This document shows positions 42,652 through 53,458 of a stretch of DNA of 64,000 nucleotides, piece after piece (positions within the stretch are counted from its first letter, which is position 1; each line of letters opens with the position of its first letter). The position numbers and the translations under genes are program-made. The stretch lies in NCBI GenBank assembly GCA_965214775.1, contig OZ243974.1:992001-1056000 (forward strand), read 5' to 3'. The DNA is from Nitrosopumilus sp. (GTDB lineage Archaea; Thermoproteota; Nitrososphaeria; Nitrososphaerales; Nitrosopumilaceae). The notes below the pieces were generated by a model. That model was not told where the DNA came from. It was given only the letters and a program-made list of their open reading frames with translations, and did not search any database.

Positions 42652-42908
42652 AAATTGCCGTATCGTGTCTGTCATTTTATTCTTACCCTTCACCCAGTCT
42701 ACCCAAGAGTAACCCAAAAAGCGGCTCCAAACCGAAACAGCTCAAGACAAGCTACCTGCAGATCCGCAGACGGTTGTATGTACCGCCATGAGTTGGTTAC
42801 TTCTGAAGACCGAGATTCGTGCCCAGTCAGTTAGTGGGTGGATGTAACCTCGTACGCAAAAAGTTGCAAAACTTATGCCGACAATATTATGCCAAGATCA
42901 TGTACTTG

Positions 42909-45032
42909 TTATGATCTGTACTTGTTAGTTGCACTGTATGCATGGTCAAGATAGTGCCTGATTTGCGGTAATGATTCTGGCCTGATTGATATTCTTCTTT
43001 CAGTTCCTCTAGGGAAAAACCATCCGGCCACTTTTCTTACTCTTTCATCGTCTGCATCAAATGAGTTTTGATTTATTCTAAAAATGACGTTTGCGGTGGT
43101 TTTTCCACAGGTGATTATTGCAAACAAATTACGCCTTTCGGTGGGTTTCTTGGTGTAAAAAAACAGCCATTTGTGGTATGGCTCAGACACGCAATCGAAT
43201 TTCTCATTTATCATTGAAATAAGCTTGTTTACCGTCTCCCTGTTCTCATATGACGCATTTGCAAGGCTTGAATCCCATGATGGAGCCTTGATCTCGTCTT
43301 CTTCAACGTCCTCGTCCACGTCGTCTTCGATCGCCGAATATTTCTCAAGTACTTCACTTGGCAGTGAGGGATATTTCCAGATTTCAAGGGATTTTTTTGC
43401 TATTTCGTCTGCTCGCTTGCAAATTGCATCTTCGTTCCACTGCGCCAGTGCTGCAAGCCCCGAATTTAGCCTTATTGGACTGTCGGAAAAGCCACCATCC
43501 ATGCCTCGCTTTTCTAGAAATGACTTATCGCCCAGCTCTGGATTATAACCCGTCAGTGTAAGATTTCCAATTGTATGTAGGTATTTAGAGTGGATCTCAG
43601 CCCATTTTTCTCCCAATTCTTTTTTCCATTCCTCTGACAGGTTTTTGTTTTGCGGCATAATGTGCTCAATAGTATAGTCACCAACGTTCACAGCTTCTTT
43701 CCTGCCAAAATTTTCTAACTTGCCTAGAAGATATCTCAATATGCGTCGAGTATTGTAAACATCTTTGAGGATTAACTGGGATTCAAATTCATCATCGCGG
43801 GGAAATCTTCGATATGACTCCTTGAGAATAAACGCGGCCTTTAGACTCTCAACATAATCGCCTTTTTCAATCTCGCCTGCAAGGTTTGCAAATGTCTTGT
43901 TTAATGAGTTTGTGGGCACTCCGCATATGGCACGTCTGAATACATAGCTTTCAACCATTGAAAATACTTCCAAAACGTCATCTTTTGTGATTTTTTTCTT
44001 GTCGAAGTCAGAATAGACCTCTAGCAGAAATGGGTACGCAACATCAACTTTGAGTGCGTTGATATCTGCAATTTTTTGATTAAGATCCGTGTCTGGTTCT
44101 TTCTCAAATTCCAGCTTGTAAAAGAACCCTGCAAAATAGTGGATGTCGGATACTAGCTCGCGTGTGGATTTCTGCTCGGCTGCAACAAACTCCTTGAAGC
44201 TGGAATACACGTCTTTGATGTTGGGAATCTGACCTGTTTTGATTGTAAGATAATCCCTCATGAATCTGTCAAAATATTCAGTTCCTTGAGCATGACCGAA
44301 GCTTTCTTCAATGGGATACCAATGATTTTTGTAAATGTAGTCCTGCTCTTTCCTGTCCAGTCCCATCAAAACATAATTCCGAATCAGATCTGCTTGAGAC
44401 AATTCCAGCCCCGTAGAATTCAGGCTCTCAAAAATCAGTTGCGGATTATCATGGATGTTGTTTAGGGAAATATCAACAATCGTTAGTCTTAGAATTCCCT
44501 GGTATAGTTCATCCAAATTGGTTTTGCTTTCTTCTATTTTATTCTCAAAGAATTCATAATTATTCTTGATCCTGATTGAATGTTTCTCTGGAAGTTCTTG
44601 TCCGTCTAGCAATCTGATCAAAGTATCTTTATCACTTTGTGTTAAAATCAGCTTGTATCTTTTTTCTCCAGGCTCTTCATTGTTGAATAAAAAATAATTG
44701 CTAATTTTCTTTTCCGTAACCTCGGCATCGTCCTGTTTTTCCAGTGCCTTTGAAAACGCCGACAGCAACAGTGTCAAAGTTGTTAGGCGCTGCTGCCCAT
44801 CAATTACTAAATATTCGTCAACTCCTGAAACTTGGTTCTGCCCTTTTTCTATGTATACAATAGAGCCAATAAAGTGGCCGGGATTGGCTTTATTCTGCGA
44901 GGTCTTTACGATGTCATTCCATAACTGTTCACACTGTTTCTCAGTCCAGCTATACGTTCGCTGATAAATTGGAATGATGAACTGATGAGTGCCTTGTAAA
45001 AATTTTGTTAAATGAGTCTCTGTTGCCTTCAC
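42909..45032 (-). CDS. GmrSD-like (DUF262-DUF1524) type IV restriction protein with C-terminal extension
   Basis: IPIYQRTYSW, IDGQQRLTT, IFESLNSTG; TIEHIMPQ, IGNLTLT.YN..L. Confidence 0.92.
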   Translation of the reverse strand: MKATETHLTKFLQGTHQFIIPIYQRTYSWTEKQCEQLWNDIVKTSQNKANPGHFIGSIVYIEKGQNQVSGVDEYLVIDGQQRLTTLTLLLSAFSKALEKQDDAEVTEKKISNYFLFNNEEPGEKRYKLILTQSDKDTLIRLLDGQELPEKHSIRIKNNYEFFENKIEESKTNLDELYQGILRLTIVDISLNNIHDNPQLIFESLNSTGLELSQADLIRNYVLMGLDRKEQDYIYKNHWYPIEESFGHAQGTEYFDRFMRDYLTIKTGQIPNIKDVYSSFKEFVAAEQKSTRELVSDIHYFAGFFYKLEFEKEPDTDLNQKIADINALKVDVAYPFLLEVYSDFDKKKITKDDVLEVFSMVESYVFRRAICGVPTNSLNKTFANLAGEIEKGDYVESLKAAFILKESYRRFPRDDEFESQLILKDVYNTRRILRYLLGKLENFGRKEAVNVGDYTIEHIMPQNKNLSEEWKKELGEKWAEIHSKYLHTIGNLTLTGYNPELGDKSFLEKRGMDGGFSDSPIRLNSGLAALAQWNEDAICKRADEIAKKSLEIWKYPSLPSEVLEKYSAIEDDVDEDVEEDEIKAPSWDSSLANASYENRETVNKLISMINEKFDCVSEPYHKWLFFYTKKPTERRNLFAIITCGKTTANVIFRINQNSFDADDERVRKVAGWFFPRGTERRISIRPESLPQIRHYLDHAYSATNKYRS

Positions 45033-45190
45033 ATATCTGATTTCATGAGAACATTGTAAAAGCCTTGTGACATAGCAGTCTTACCAGAAACAGCCAGGCT
45101 CGTGGCTGTACAGACGGCCATCTGCGGATCTGCAAGCAGCTTCGCTTGAACTGTTTAGAGTCTCTTTATTGGGAACATCTTGAAAGACTG

Positions 45191-45337
45191 TCATCTTACC
45201 CTTTTTTTATTCCAGTATGGGGAATTACATCCCCTGCAGTTTCCGGGCAACTCATTCTGGGTGGTCCACGTGTGATTGCATCTTTCACAGGTGTGTTTCC
45301 ACATTGTTACTCTAACTGGTTTGTTCACAGAGTACAT
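45191..45337 (-). CDS. Small C4 zinc-finger protein (48 aa)
   Basis: MYSVNKPVRVTMWKHTCERCNHTWTTQNELPGNCRGCNSPYWNKKRVR; not in the ORF track. Confidence 0.8.
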   Translation of the reverse strand: MYSVNKPVRVTMWKHTCERCNHTWTTQNELPGNCRGCNSPYWNKKRVR

Positions 45338-45409
45338 GCTAAACAATCTCATTATATAGTTTGTTCTATGTAGTAATAACTATATATGTAGTGGACACTA
45401 TGCTATAAC

Positions 45410-46531
45410 ATGAACGCAAGAATGCAAAGAGCAAAACAGATCATGGAGACTCCAGGCCACGCCACCCAGATCATCGGCACCGACGACTTCAGGGTCAGAT
45501 CCCAGTCAGATCCACCCAAGTTCTATACCGTATCCAGGACGGGCAGCGGGCTTGTCTGCGAGTGTCCGGACCACCGTAGCAGAAAGTCGGACTGCAAGCA
45601 CATCAAGGTCATACTGGAGTATGTCAGAAGGAACGTGTTCGGACACGACGGGTTTAGAATCATTGAAAGGTCAAGGCTGAACCTGTGCAAGTTCTGCGAC
45701 TCTGGCAACATCGTCAGGAAGGGATTGAAGAAGAACAAAAGCTCTACAATGCAGATGTTCAAGTGTAAAGACTGTAAGAAAAGGTTTACTGCAAACTTTG
45801 GATTCGAAAACAGGAGGTTTGACGAATCCACTATAACGGGCGCGTTGCAGATGTATTATACGGGAATGAGCGTCCGTGACATCTCCAACCATTACGAAAT
45901 GCTTGGAATCAGTGTAAGCCACAAGACGGTATACAACTGGGTTAGAGACTATTCCAGGATGACATCGGCATACCTCAACGGAATTGTTCCACGGGTCGGC
46001 AGCTGGTTCCGGGCCGACGAGGTATGGGTGAAAATCAGCGGCAGGCAGTGCTATCTGTTCGCCTCGATGGATGACGATACGCGCTATTGGCTGGCCTCCG
46101 ACCTGGCAGACAGCAAGTTCCAGCACAATGCGGACAGTCTATTACAACTGACAAAATCACATGCCGGAAAAAGCCCCAGAAACTTCATCACGGACGGCCT
46201 GCCGGCATATGCCAAGTCCTCAAGGAGGGTATTCGGAGAGGGTACGAATCACGTAAGGCACATCCACCTGGCAGGAAAAAGAGACCGCGATAACAACAAC
46301 AAGATGGAGAGGCTCAACGGCGAGATCAGAGACCGCGAGAAGGTGTTCAGGGGCCTCAAAAAGATGGATACGGCCATACTTGACGGAATGAGGGTCTACT
46401 ACAACTATACGAAAAGGCACGGAAGCCTGGAGGGAAAGACGCCTGCGGAGGCATCCTTGATTGCCGTGGACGGCATCAACAAGTGGAAGACCATCATCCA
46501 GAATGCCTCGCTAAGCAAGTATTCTGTCTAG
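45410..46531 (+). CDS. IS6-family transposase with SWIM and zinc-ribbon N-terminus
   Basis: CECPDH...CKH (SWIM), CKFC/CKDC, ADEVWVK, TDGLPAY, NNKMER. Confidence 0.92.
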   Translation: MNARMQRAKQIMETPGHATQIIGTDDFRVRSQSDPPKFYTVSRTGSGLVCECPDHRSRKSDCKHIKVILEYVRRNVFGHDGFRIIERSRLNLCKFCDSGNIVRKGLKKNKSSTMQMFKCKDCKKRFTANFGFENRRFDESTITGALQMYYTGMSVRDISNHYEMLGISVSHKTVYNWVRDYSRMTSAYLNGIVPRVGSWFRADEVWVKISGRQCYLFASMDDDTRYWLASDLADSKFQHNADSLLQLTKSHAGKSPRNFITDGLPAYAKSSRRVFGEGTNHVRHIHLAGKRDRDNNNKMERLNGEIRDREKVFRGLKKMDTAILDGMRVYYNYTKRHGSLEGKTPAEASLIAVDGINKWKTIIQNASLSKYSV

Positions 46532-46680
46532 GCATAAAATAAAATCTCAATTCAGAGAAGATCCACATTCTAGGTCACCAATCTTACACAGAACCAAGAA
46601 AAACTAGGTTTATCTAAAGGCACTCAGGACTTGGGAGTTGAGGCAAAAGCAGTTTTAGGGCATCCGACAGAAAAATCAAG

Positions 46681-47839
46681 CTAGCCTAGCCACTTTGTCA
46701 ATCTCTCTTTTTCAAACTCGTGCTTCCTTGAGAGGTTTTCAGGGGTTGATTCTGTCAGGCTGGTTGTGGGTTTTTCATGTGTGAACATGTCAACCTCAAT
46801 CAGTGACGCGGTGTCCTTTCCAGACTCGATAAAGCACCCTCCCTTCCCATCAAACGTTGCCGAACCGCCTCTTCCCTGAATTTTTGCAACAATGTTCCTT
46901 GCAACTGCCAGCCCCTCTCCTTCGGCAAAAACGCCCGCCTTTGGAACAGCAGCTGTCTCTGTCACCACCAAGCTTGTGACGTCGCCTACCGCATAGACAC
47001 CTTCAAAACCGGTCTTGCAGTCCCTGTCTATCGGGATAAACCCCGGTTCTTTTGCCAGTTTGGAGTCATAGATTACCCGCGGGGCCGTGTGCGGGGGCAC
47101 AGCCAAAAGCAAGTCAAAGTCATCCTCTTTTCCGTCTTCAAAAACCAGCTTTTTTGGCTCGACGGATCTTGTTTTACAGGAATTGTGAAATGTAATCTTT
47201 GCAGAATTGATCAGTTCAAGAATCTGCTTGCTTACTTTCGGACCTGCCGCCGGAAGGGTGGCCGGCGCAGGGCTGTAAAAGTGAATTTCGACCGAATCAC
47301 GCTTTCCCATTTTTCTGAGCATGGAATCTATCAGCAGGCCGGCCTCAAATGGCGCAGGAGGGCACTTGTACGGCATTCCCATTATTGAAATCGCGATTTT
47401 GCCGGACTTTATGCTTTGTAACTTTTTACGAATTTCCAAAAGCTGGCCGTGATCATACAGGTTGAAACCGTGCTTGACCAGTCCGGGAATTTTTTCCGGG
47501 GCCAGTACGGATCCCAGCGAAATCAGCAGATAGTCATACGCGACGGACTGCGCGGAGGTTTTCACGCTTTTGTTTTCCAGGTCAATTGACGCAACCTCCT
47601 CTTTGATAAAGCTGATCCCTTTTTTTTTCCAGTCCTCGAAGAGAGCCGACAGAGTTCTCAAAAGTCCTGCTTCCGTTTAGAATCCACAGTTTTGCAAATC
47701 CCACCATAAACCAGTCCTTTTTGTCAATTATTGTGACTCTGGCCTGATCAGGGGAGGGTAACGAATCTCTGATTTCAGTGGCCGCCGAAAGCCCGCCAAA
47801 GCCTCCGCCCAGAATTACAACGTGGGGAATTTCTGCCAA
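46681..47839 (-). pseudogene. FAD-dependent oxidoreductase (SQR/flavocytochrome c sulfide dehydrogenase-like), frameshifted at an A9 tract
   Basis: GGGFGG in ORF 47582-47839; YKCPPAPFE, AVGD, PKAG in ORF 46681-47661; one extra A at 47620-47628 breaks LEKKGISF. Confidence 0.85.
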
Positions 47840-47844
47840 CTTGC

Positions 47845-48585
47845 TTACCGTTCTTGGGAAGTCGGCCTGATCAGAACCTCGTTAACGTTAACATGCGGGG
47901 GGGCCTGCACCGCATAAAGAATCGCGTTTGCTATATCTTCAGCACGTAACGCTTCCATCTTCTTTGCGTTTTCAACAAATCCCTTCAGGGATTCGTCCGT
48001 AATTGTGTCGGTGAGCTCCGTGTCCACGACTCCGGGCTCGATACTGGTCACCCTGATGTTATGACGCACGCTAAACTCCTGCCTTAATCCCTCGCTGAAT
48101 GCGGCAACAGCATGCTTGGTTGCACAGTATACAGAGCCGGCAGGAAAAACGATTCGTCCTGCAACAGACGAGATGTTGACTATGTGTCCTGATTTTTTCT
48201 CCTTCATGTGAGTGATTACTGCGCCTGTACAATACAAAACCCCCTTTATGTTGACATCGATCATTCTGTCCCATTCGTCGACCCTGAGATTCTTGAAGAA
48301 GCTCAGAGGCATCAGGCCTGCGTTGTTTACAAGAATGTCAACAGAGCCCCACTTGTCCAAGACAGCTCTTGCAAAATCATCACACTCTGATCTCTGCGCA
48401 ACGTCTAATTTTTGACGGAATACCTCCCCGCCATTTTCAGCAATCTTGTCTGCCAAGTCTTCCAACCGGCCAGCCCTTCTGGCGCCGATTGCAACCTTGG
48501 CGCCTGCTTTTGAGAGCGCCATGGCAGTCGCATATCCAATTCCGCTGCTTGCGCCGGTAACTATTGCGACTTTGTCTTTGATCAA
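47845..48585 (-). CDS. SDR oxidoreductase
   Basis: TGASSGIG, NNAG, YCATK. Confidence 0.94.
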   Translation of the reverse strand: MIKDKVAIVTGASSGIGYATAMALSKAGAKVAIGARRAGRLEDLADKIAENGGEVFRQKLDVAQRSECDDFARAVLDKWGSVDILVNNAGLMPLSFFKNLRVDEWDRMIDVNIKGVLYCTGAVITHMKEKKSGHIVNISSVAGRIVFPAGSVYCATKHAVAAFSEGLRQEFSVRHNIRVTSIEPGVVDTELTDTITDESLKGFVENAKKMEALRAEDIANAILYAVQAPPHVNVNEVLIRPTSQER

Positions 48586-48692
48586 CCTTGCTCAGACGCA
48601 GTTGACTTTGATGTCGTAAAAATGTTTAGCCGGCAAAACAGAAGGCAAGAATCACTGGCAACTTTATTAAAAGAAGGCTTCCAAACCGTATT

Positions 48693-48914
48693 ATGGAGTC
48701 TGAAAAGTGCGCCTATTGCGGCGATTTGACTGACATGCCATTTCAGTGCAGTTATTGCAGGGATCCGTTTTGCCCAGAACACAGGCTTCCCGAAGAGCAC
48801 AGATGTGTAAAACTCAGTCAAATCAGGGCAAGAAGATTCGGGGAGAGAAAAGTCATACGCGACGGAGGAAGAAACAGGCCGAATATTCTCCGAAGAATTT
48901 TCGGCAGGTTCTAG
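48693..48914 (+). CDS. AN1-type zinc finger protein
   Basis: CAYC...PFQCSYC...FCPEHRLPEEHRC. Confidence 0.9.
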   Translation: MESEKCAYCGDLTDMPFQCSYCRDPFCPEHRLPEEHRCVKLSQIRARRFGERKVIRDGGRNRPNILRRIFGRF

Positions 48915-49195
48915 TAGGGGCTTTTGTCAGGGGAGATCTTTGCACGCCTTCCCTGATAGATTAGTGCCACAGCTAATGCAAACATCACCATGGCTGTCAG
49001 CGGAAAGTTTTGCGGGGCCGGAAGAACAAACCAATAGTAAACGCCAAATCCGATAGAGACTGCTGCCTGAATCCACAGCTTTATCCACTTGGGAGGCTTT
49101 ACGATTCTGCTGATTCCCTCTACGGCAAAGATGCCAATCACCGGATATATTGTGTAAAACAGAAAATCAATGACGTCAACGCCCGTATGCGACAT
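48911..49195 (-). CDS. Small membrane protein
   Basis: Three hydrophobic segments. Confidence 0.75.
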   Translation of the reverse strand: MSHTGVDVIDFLFYTIYPVIGIFAVEGISRIVKPPKWIKLWIQAAVSIGFGVYYWFVLPAPQNFPLTAMVMFALAVALIYQGRRAKISPDKSPY

Positions 49196-49228
49196 ACAAT
49201 ACCGGAATGCTTCAGGCGTAATTTCTAG

Positions 49229-49786
49229 CTAATCTTCCCAGCGCACCTTGGTCGCTATGTCCTTTGAAATTAATGCCTGGGCGTTTTCGTAGGGAATTGT
49301 CGCGATATCTTCGGCCTTAAAGGGACCGTATTTTTCAAGATCGGCGCCCACTAGTTCGTCGGCTTCCTTGAGGAATCTGACGACGACCTTCCTTGTTTTG
49401 TGGTTCAGAGACAGCGATTCTAAAAATTTTGATTTTCCGTTGACGGTAGCCGAAAGGATCATTCTGATTCTTTCATGCCTCTCTTCATGAGAATCCAGGA
49501 TGAATTTTTCCTCATCAAGAAGATTTTCAAATCGAATGTCAGAGGATCTGGTGGCTTTTTCCAACCTGATTTGAACCAGCAATGACGTGAGTTCGGTTGC
49601 CATCTCAATCATGGCGTCCTTGATCTTGCTTTCGACCCCGTCAAATTCCTGTTTTCTTAGGTTTCCAATGAATTCTGAGAGATTTCTGTAAAAGCTGGGA
49701 TCAATTTCCAGAACAGAGTCGTTCTCTGTTTCCCGCAAAACAAGATGGTGCAGGGAGTTGATGTCTATCTGATTTGATTCGGACAT
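49229..49786 (-). CDS. GINS complex protein (Gins15-like)
   Basis: IRLEK helix; B domain VRFLK...GADL..YGPF..EDIATIP.ENA..LI. Confidence 0.88.
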   Translation of the reverse strand: MSESNQIDINSLHHLVLRETENDSVLEIDPSFYRNLSEFIGNLRKQEFDGVESKIKDAMIEMATELTSLLVQIRLEKATRSSDIRFENLLDEEKFILDSHEERHERIRMILSATVNGKSKFLESLSLNHKTRKVVVRFLKEADELVGADLEKYGPFKAEDIATIPYENAQALISKDIATKVRWED

Positions 49787-49840
49787 TTCTTACCTAATCC
49801 TTAAATGCTGGATGTATTTGTGTTTGATTGAAGTATAAAA

Positions 49841-51301
49841 TTGCCATATAAAGTGAGTCACGGTAAAGCAATCCAGGTAACATATTCGCCTGACGAGGTT
49901 TTCTCCAGAATCCAGCACGAAGGCATTCAGTTTATAGATCTTCAGTTTACAGGCCTGACTGGCCACTTTCACCACACCACGATTTCAGCTGACACCTTTA
50001 CGCCCGAGCAGATGCGTGACGGCCTTCCAAAGCTTGACGGCTCGTCAATTGTTGGCTTTACCAGCATCGATGATTCAGACCTGCTTTTAAAACCGGATCC
50101 AAACACGTTTGCAATAATTCCATGGATGACAGAAAACAAGACTGCCAGGCTGCTTTGTGATATTTACTGGGGGGAAGGCAGGGGAAGGCTGTCAAGGGAT
50201 CCCAGGGGAATTTCCCAAAAGGCCGAAGAGTATGTCAAAACGCAGGGATTTGATTACAGCACATGGGGTCCCGAAGTGGAATTCTTTGTCTTTGATAAGG
50301 TTCATTGGGACGTGCTGACGCCATACAAAGGACAGTCATATTCGGTTGAATCCAAAGAGGCGCCCTGGAGTCAGGAGGGGGACGGATATCCAATGGGACT
50401 GCAGGAAGGATACTATCCAAGCACCCCGTCTGATACGTTGACGCCCTACAGAAACGAGTGTGTAAATATTCTAAACAGGAATTTCGGGATTTTGTGCGAT
50501 AATCATCACCACGAAGTCGCAACTGCAGGACAGTGTGAAATCGATATCAAATACGATCACATGACAAACGCGGCTGACGCTGCACAGTCATACAAATACG
50601 TCATTAGAAACGTTGCCAAAAAATATGGAAAGGTGGCAACGATGATGCCAAAGCCGATTGCAATGGACTCGGGTTCTGGCATGCACGTCAACGTAAGTTT
50701 GTGGAAAGGAAAGGAGAACGTGTTCTATGATCCTGATGATGGGATTGAGTTGAGCCAGCTTGGAAGATATTTCTGCGGAGGAATAATAAACCATGCAAAA
50801 GCCCTGTCGGCAATCTGCAATCCAACCACAAACTCCTACCACAGACTGGTTCCCGGATATGAGGCTCCGGCATACATTGCGTGGAGTTCGGGAAACCGTT
50901 CGGCAATTGTCAGGGTGCCAAAACATCTCAAAGGCAAGAATTATTCCCACTTGAAGAGGCTTGAGTTCAGGGCCCCTGACCCCTCATCAAACCCATATCT
51001 TGTTTTTGCCGCAGTTGCCGCTGCAGGCATGGACGGAGTTAAGAAGAAGGTGGATCCCGGAGATCAAGTCAGCGAGGACATTTTCAAGATGACAAGATCC
51101 GACAGGGCAAAAAGAGGGATCGGCGTTCTGCCAAAGAGCCTTGGCGAGGCGTTGGATGAGCTGGAAAGCGACAGGAAGTTCCTAAACCCGATTTATACAA
51201 ACGATGTCATTGACAAGGTCATCGAGCTGGAAAGAAGGGATCAGCGTGAGATTTCAATCAGGCCGCATCCCCACGAGTTTTATCTGTACTTTGACGTCTA
51301 A
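49841..51301 (+). CDS. glnA: Glutamine synthetase type I (second paralog)
   Basis: LDGSSI, HHEVATAGQCE, MPKP..DSGSGMH, LVPGYEAP, RLEFRAPD. Confidence 0.96.
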   Translation: MPYKVSHGKAIQVTYSPDEVFSRIQHEGIQFIDLQFTGLTGHFHHTTISADTFTPEQMRDGLPKLDGSSIVGFTSIDDSDLLLKPDPNTFAIIPWMTENKTARLLCDIYWGEGRGRLSRDPRGISQKAEEYVKTQGFDYSTWGPEVEFFVFDKVHWDVLTPYKGQSYSVESKEAPWSQEGDGYPMGLQEGYYPSTPSDTLTPYRNECVNILNRNFGILCDNHHHEVATAGQCEIDIKYDHMTNAADAAQSYKYVIRNVAKKYGKVATMMPKPIAMDSGSGMHVNVSLWKGKENVFYDPDDGIELSQLGRYFCGGIINHAKALSAICNPTTNSYHRLVPGYEAPAYIAWSSGNRSAIVRVPKHLKGKNYSHLKRLEFRAPDPSSNPYLVFAAVAAAGMDGVKKKVDPGDQVSEDIFKMTRSDRAKRGIGVLPKSLGEALDELESDRKFLNPIYTNDVIDKVIELERRDQREISIRPHPHEFYLYFDV

Positions 51302-51582
51302 GCCCTTCCCGTAAACTGGAAGACATAGAACAGGGATATTCCCATCAAGGCAAACCCACATCCAAGAAAGACTGCCCGCTTGGATTCGGACGTGGCGGCC
51401 CTGTATAACAGAACCCCGCCGGCCAGACCAACAAACAGAACCAAAACGCCGGCAATTACGTTCTCAAAGCCGGTGTTGGTGACCAGCGGATGAAAGAATC
51501 CCGCCAGCAATGCAAAAAATGCAACAAGATAGGCGTACTTGAAGCCGGTTAGTGCTTTTGAAGATGATGTCTTGTTCTTCAA
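51298..51582 (-). CDS. Small membrane protein
   Basis: Three TM segments. Confidence 0.72.
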   Translation of the reverse strand: MKNKTSSSKALTGFKYAYLVAFFALLAGFFHPLVTNTGFENVIAGVLVLFVGLAGGVLLYRAATSESKRAVFLGCGFALMGISLFYVFQFTGRA

Positions 51583-51635
51583 TGTGAGCCGTTAATACAG
51601 CAATCAAATAAACTTTTGAGAAATTTCTAACGAAA

Positions 51636-53354
51636 TTACATCATGCCGCCCATGTCAGGCATTCCAGGTGGCATTCCGCCGCCCATTCCAGGTGGCATTC
51701 CGCCGCCCATTCCAGGTGGCATTCCGCCGCCGCCCTCGGCACCCGGAGGCGGCCCGCCTGCGGATTTTTGAGTGGCAATGACATCGTCAATCCTAAGAAT
51801 CATGCATGCGGCTTCTGCAGATGCAGAAACAACTTGCAGTTTTACTGCCAACGGTTCAATGACATCGCCTGATTTCATGTTGGCAATCCTTCCCTTCATG
51901 ACGTCAATGCCGGTCCATTTTTCGCCCTTTTGTTGTTTTGAGCGAAGGAGGGTAAGCGTATCAATCGGATCCATTCCGGCGTTTTCAGAAAGTGTCAATG
52001 GAATTGCCTCCAACGCATCGGCAAACTTCTCTACTGCCAGCTGCTCTCTGCCCTCAAGCGACTTTGCCCAGTTGCGAAGTTTTGTAGCTGCATATGTTTC
52101 GGGAGCGCCTCCGCCTGCAACAATTAACGGGTTTTCAATTACGTCCTTTACAACCATCAAGGCATCATGAACAGAACGCTCAACTTCGTCAACGACCCTT
52201 TGAGATCCTCCACGAAGAAGCAAGGTTACTGATTTTGGATGTTTGCAGCCTTCAACAAAGACCCATTTGTCCTCTTCAATTTTTCTTTCTTCAACAAGAT
52301 CTGCCGATCCAAGATCCTTTTCAAATAAATCATCAAGGTTTGTAACCACCCTTGCGCCTGTCGCCTTTGCAAGCTTGGTAAGATCACTCTCCTTGATTCT
52401 TCTTACTGCAATAATTCCTGATTTTGCTAGGTAATGTTGAGCCATATCGTCAATCCCTTTCTGACACAAGACCACGTTTGCGCCAGAACCGATGACTTTG
52501 TCCACCATTGTCTTTAACATTCTGTTTTCCTCGTCCAGGAACGACTTTAGCTGTTGAGGGTTTTGGATGTTGATTTTTGCATCGGTTTCAGTTTTGTTAA
52601 TCTCCAAGGCGGTGTTGATTAACGCAATTTTTGCATCGGTGACTTTTCTTGGCATTCCGCCATGGACGATTTCCTTGTCTAAAACAATTCCCTGGATAAT
52701 CATGGAATCTTTGATTGATCCCCCGGCTTTCTTTTCCACCTTGATGTCATCAATGTCCACACCGTATGATTCTCCGTCTTTCTCAGACACTGCAAGAACA
52801 GATTTTACAATAATGTCTGCCAGTTGGACAGAGTCGTTTCTGACTAGCTTTGTCTGCATTGAAGTTTTGGCGATCTTGTTTAGAATGTTTTTGTCATTGG
52901 CAGAAACCTGGTCGGCGATACTTTCAAGGAATTGTTTTGCTTTTCTTCCTGCCTTTCTGTATCCGTCAACGATGATGGTCGGATGGACGTCTTGATCAAT
53001 TAGTGACTCTGCATTTTCCAACAAGGCACCGGCAAGCACTACTGCAGATGTCGTGCCGTCGCCAACCTCATTGTCGGTTGTTTTTGAGATTTCAACCAGC
53101 ATCTTGGCAGCCGGGTGTTGTACGTCAATCTCTTTTAGAATGGTTGCACCGTCATTTGTAATAGTAACGTCTCCAAGCGAATCTACAAGCATCTTGTCCA
53201 TGCCGCGGGGGCCCAGACTGGTATGGACAATTTCCGCAATGATTTTGGATGCGGCAATGTTGTTTTTCTGTGCATCCTTGCCCTTGGTTTCCGAGCCGCC
53301 TTCTTTTAAAAGAACCACAGGCATGTTCCCCTTCGAGGTTGCTTGCATAGCCAT
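51636..53354 (-). CDS. ths: Thermosome (group II chaperonin) subunit
   Basis: [29 protein letters not shown]; GGGMPPGM tail. Confidence 0.97.
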   Translation of the reverse strand: MAMQATSKGNMPVVLLKEGGSETKGKDAQKNNIAASKIIAEIVHTSLGPRGMDKMLVDSLGDVTITNDGATILKEIDVQHPAAKMLVEISKTTDNEVGDGTTSAVVLAGALLENAESLIDQDVHPTIIVDGYRKAGRKAKQFLESIADQVSANDKNILNKIAKTSMQTKLVRNDSVQLADIIVKSVLAVSEKDGESYGVDIDDIKVEKKAGGSIKDSMIIQGIVLDKEIVHGGMPRKVTDAKIALINTALEINKTETDAKINIQNPQQLKSFLDEENRMLKTMVDKVIGSGANVVLCQKGIDDMAQHYLAKSGIIAVRRIKESDLTKLAKATGARVVTNLDDLFEKDLGSADLVEERKIEEDKWVFVEGCKHPKSVTLLLRGGSQRVVDEVERSVHDALMVVKDVIENPLIVAGGGAPETYAATKLRNWAKSLEGREQLAVEKFADALEAIPLTLSENAGMDPIDTLTLLRSKQQKGEKWTGIDVMKGRIANMKSGDVIEPLAVKLQVVSASAEAACMILRIDDVIATQKSAGGPPPGAEGGGGMPPGMGGGMPPGMGGGMPPGMPDMGGMM

Positions 53355-53458
53355 AGTTGTAAAAACTTCTGATTCCCCTTTTATACCTTGCAGATCAGAA
53401 CGGTGGTTTTTAAATTTGATATCGGTGTTTTTAAATTGGGAAAAATTAGTTTCAGGTT

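Noticed and set aside
51655-51735. 24-bp tandem repeats
   Set aside because: They encode the ordinary GGGMPPGM chaperonin tail
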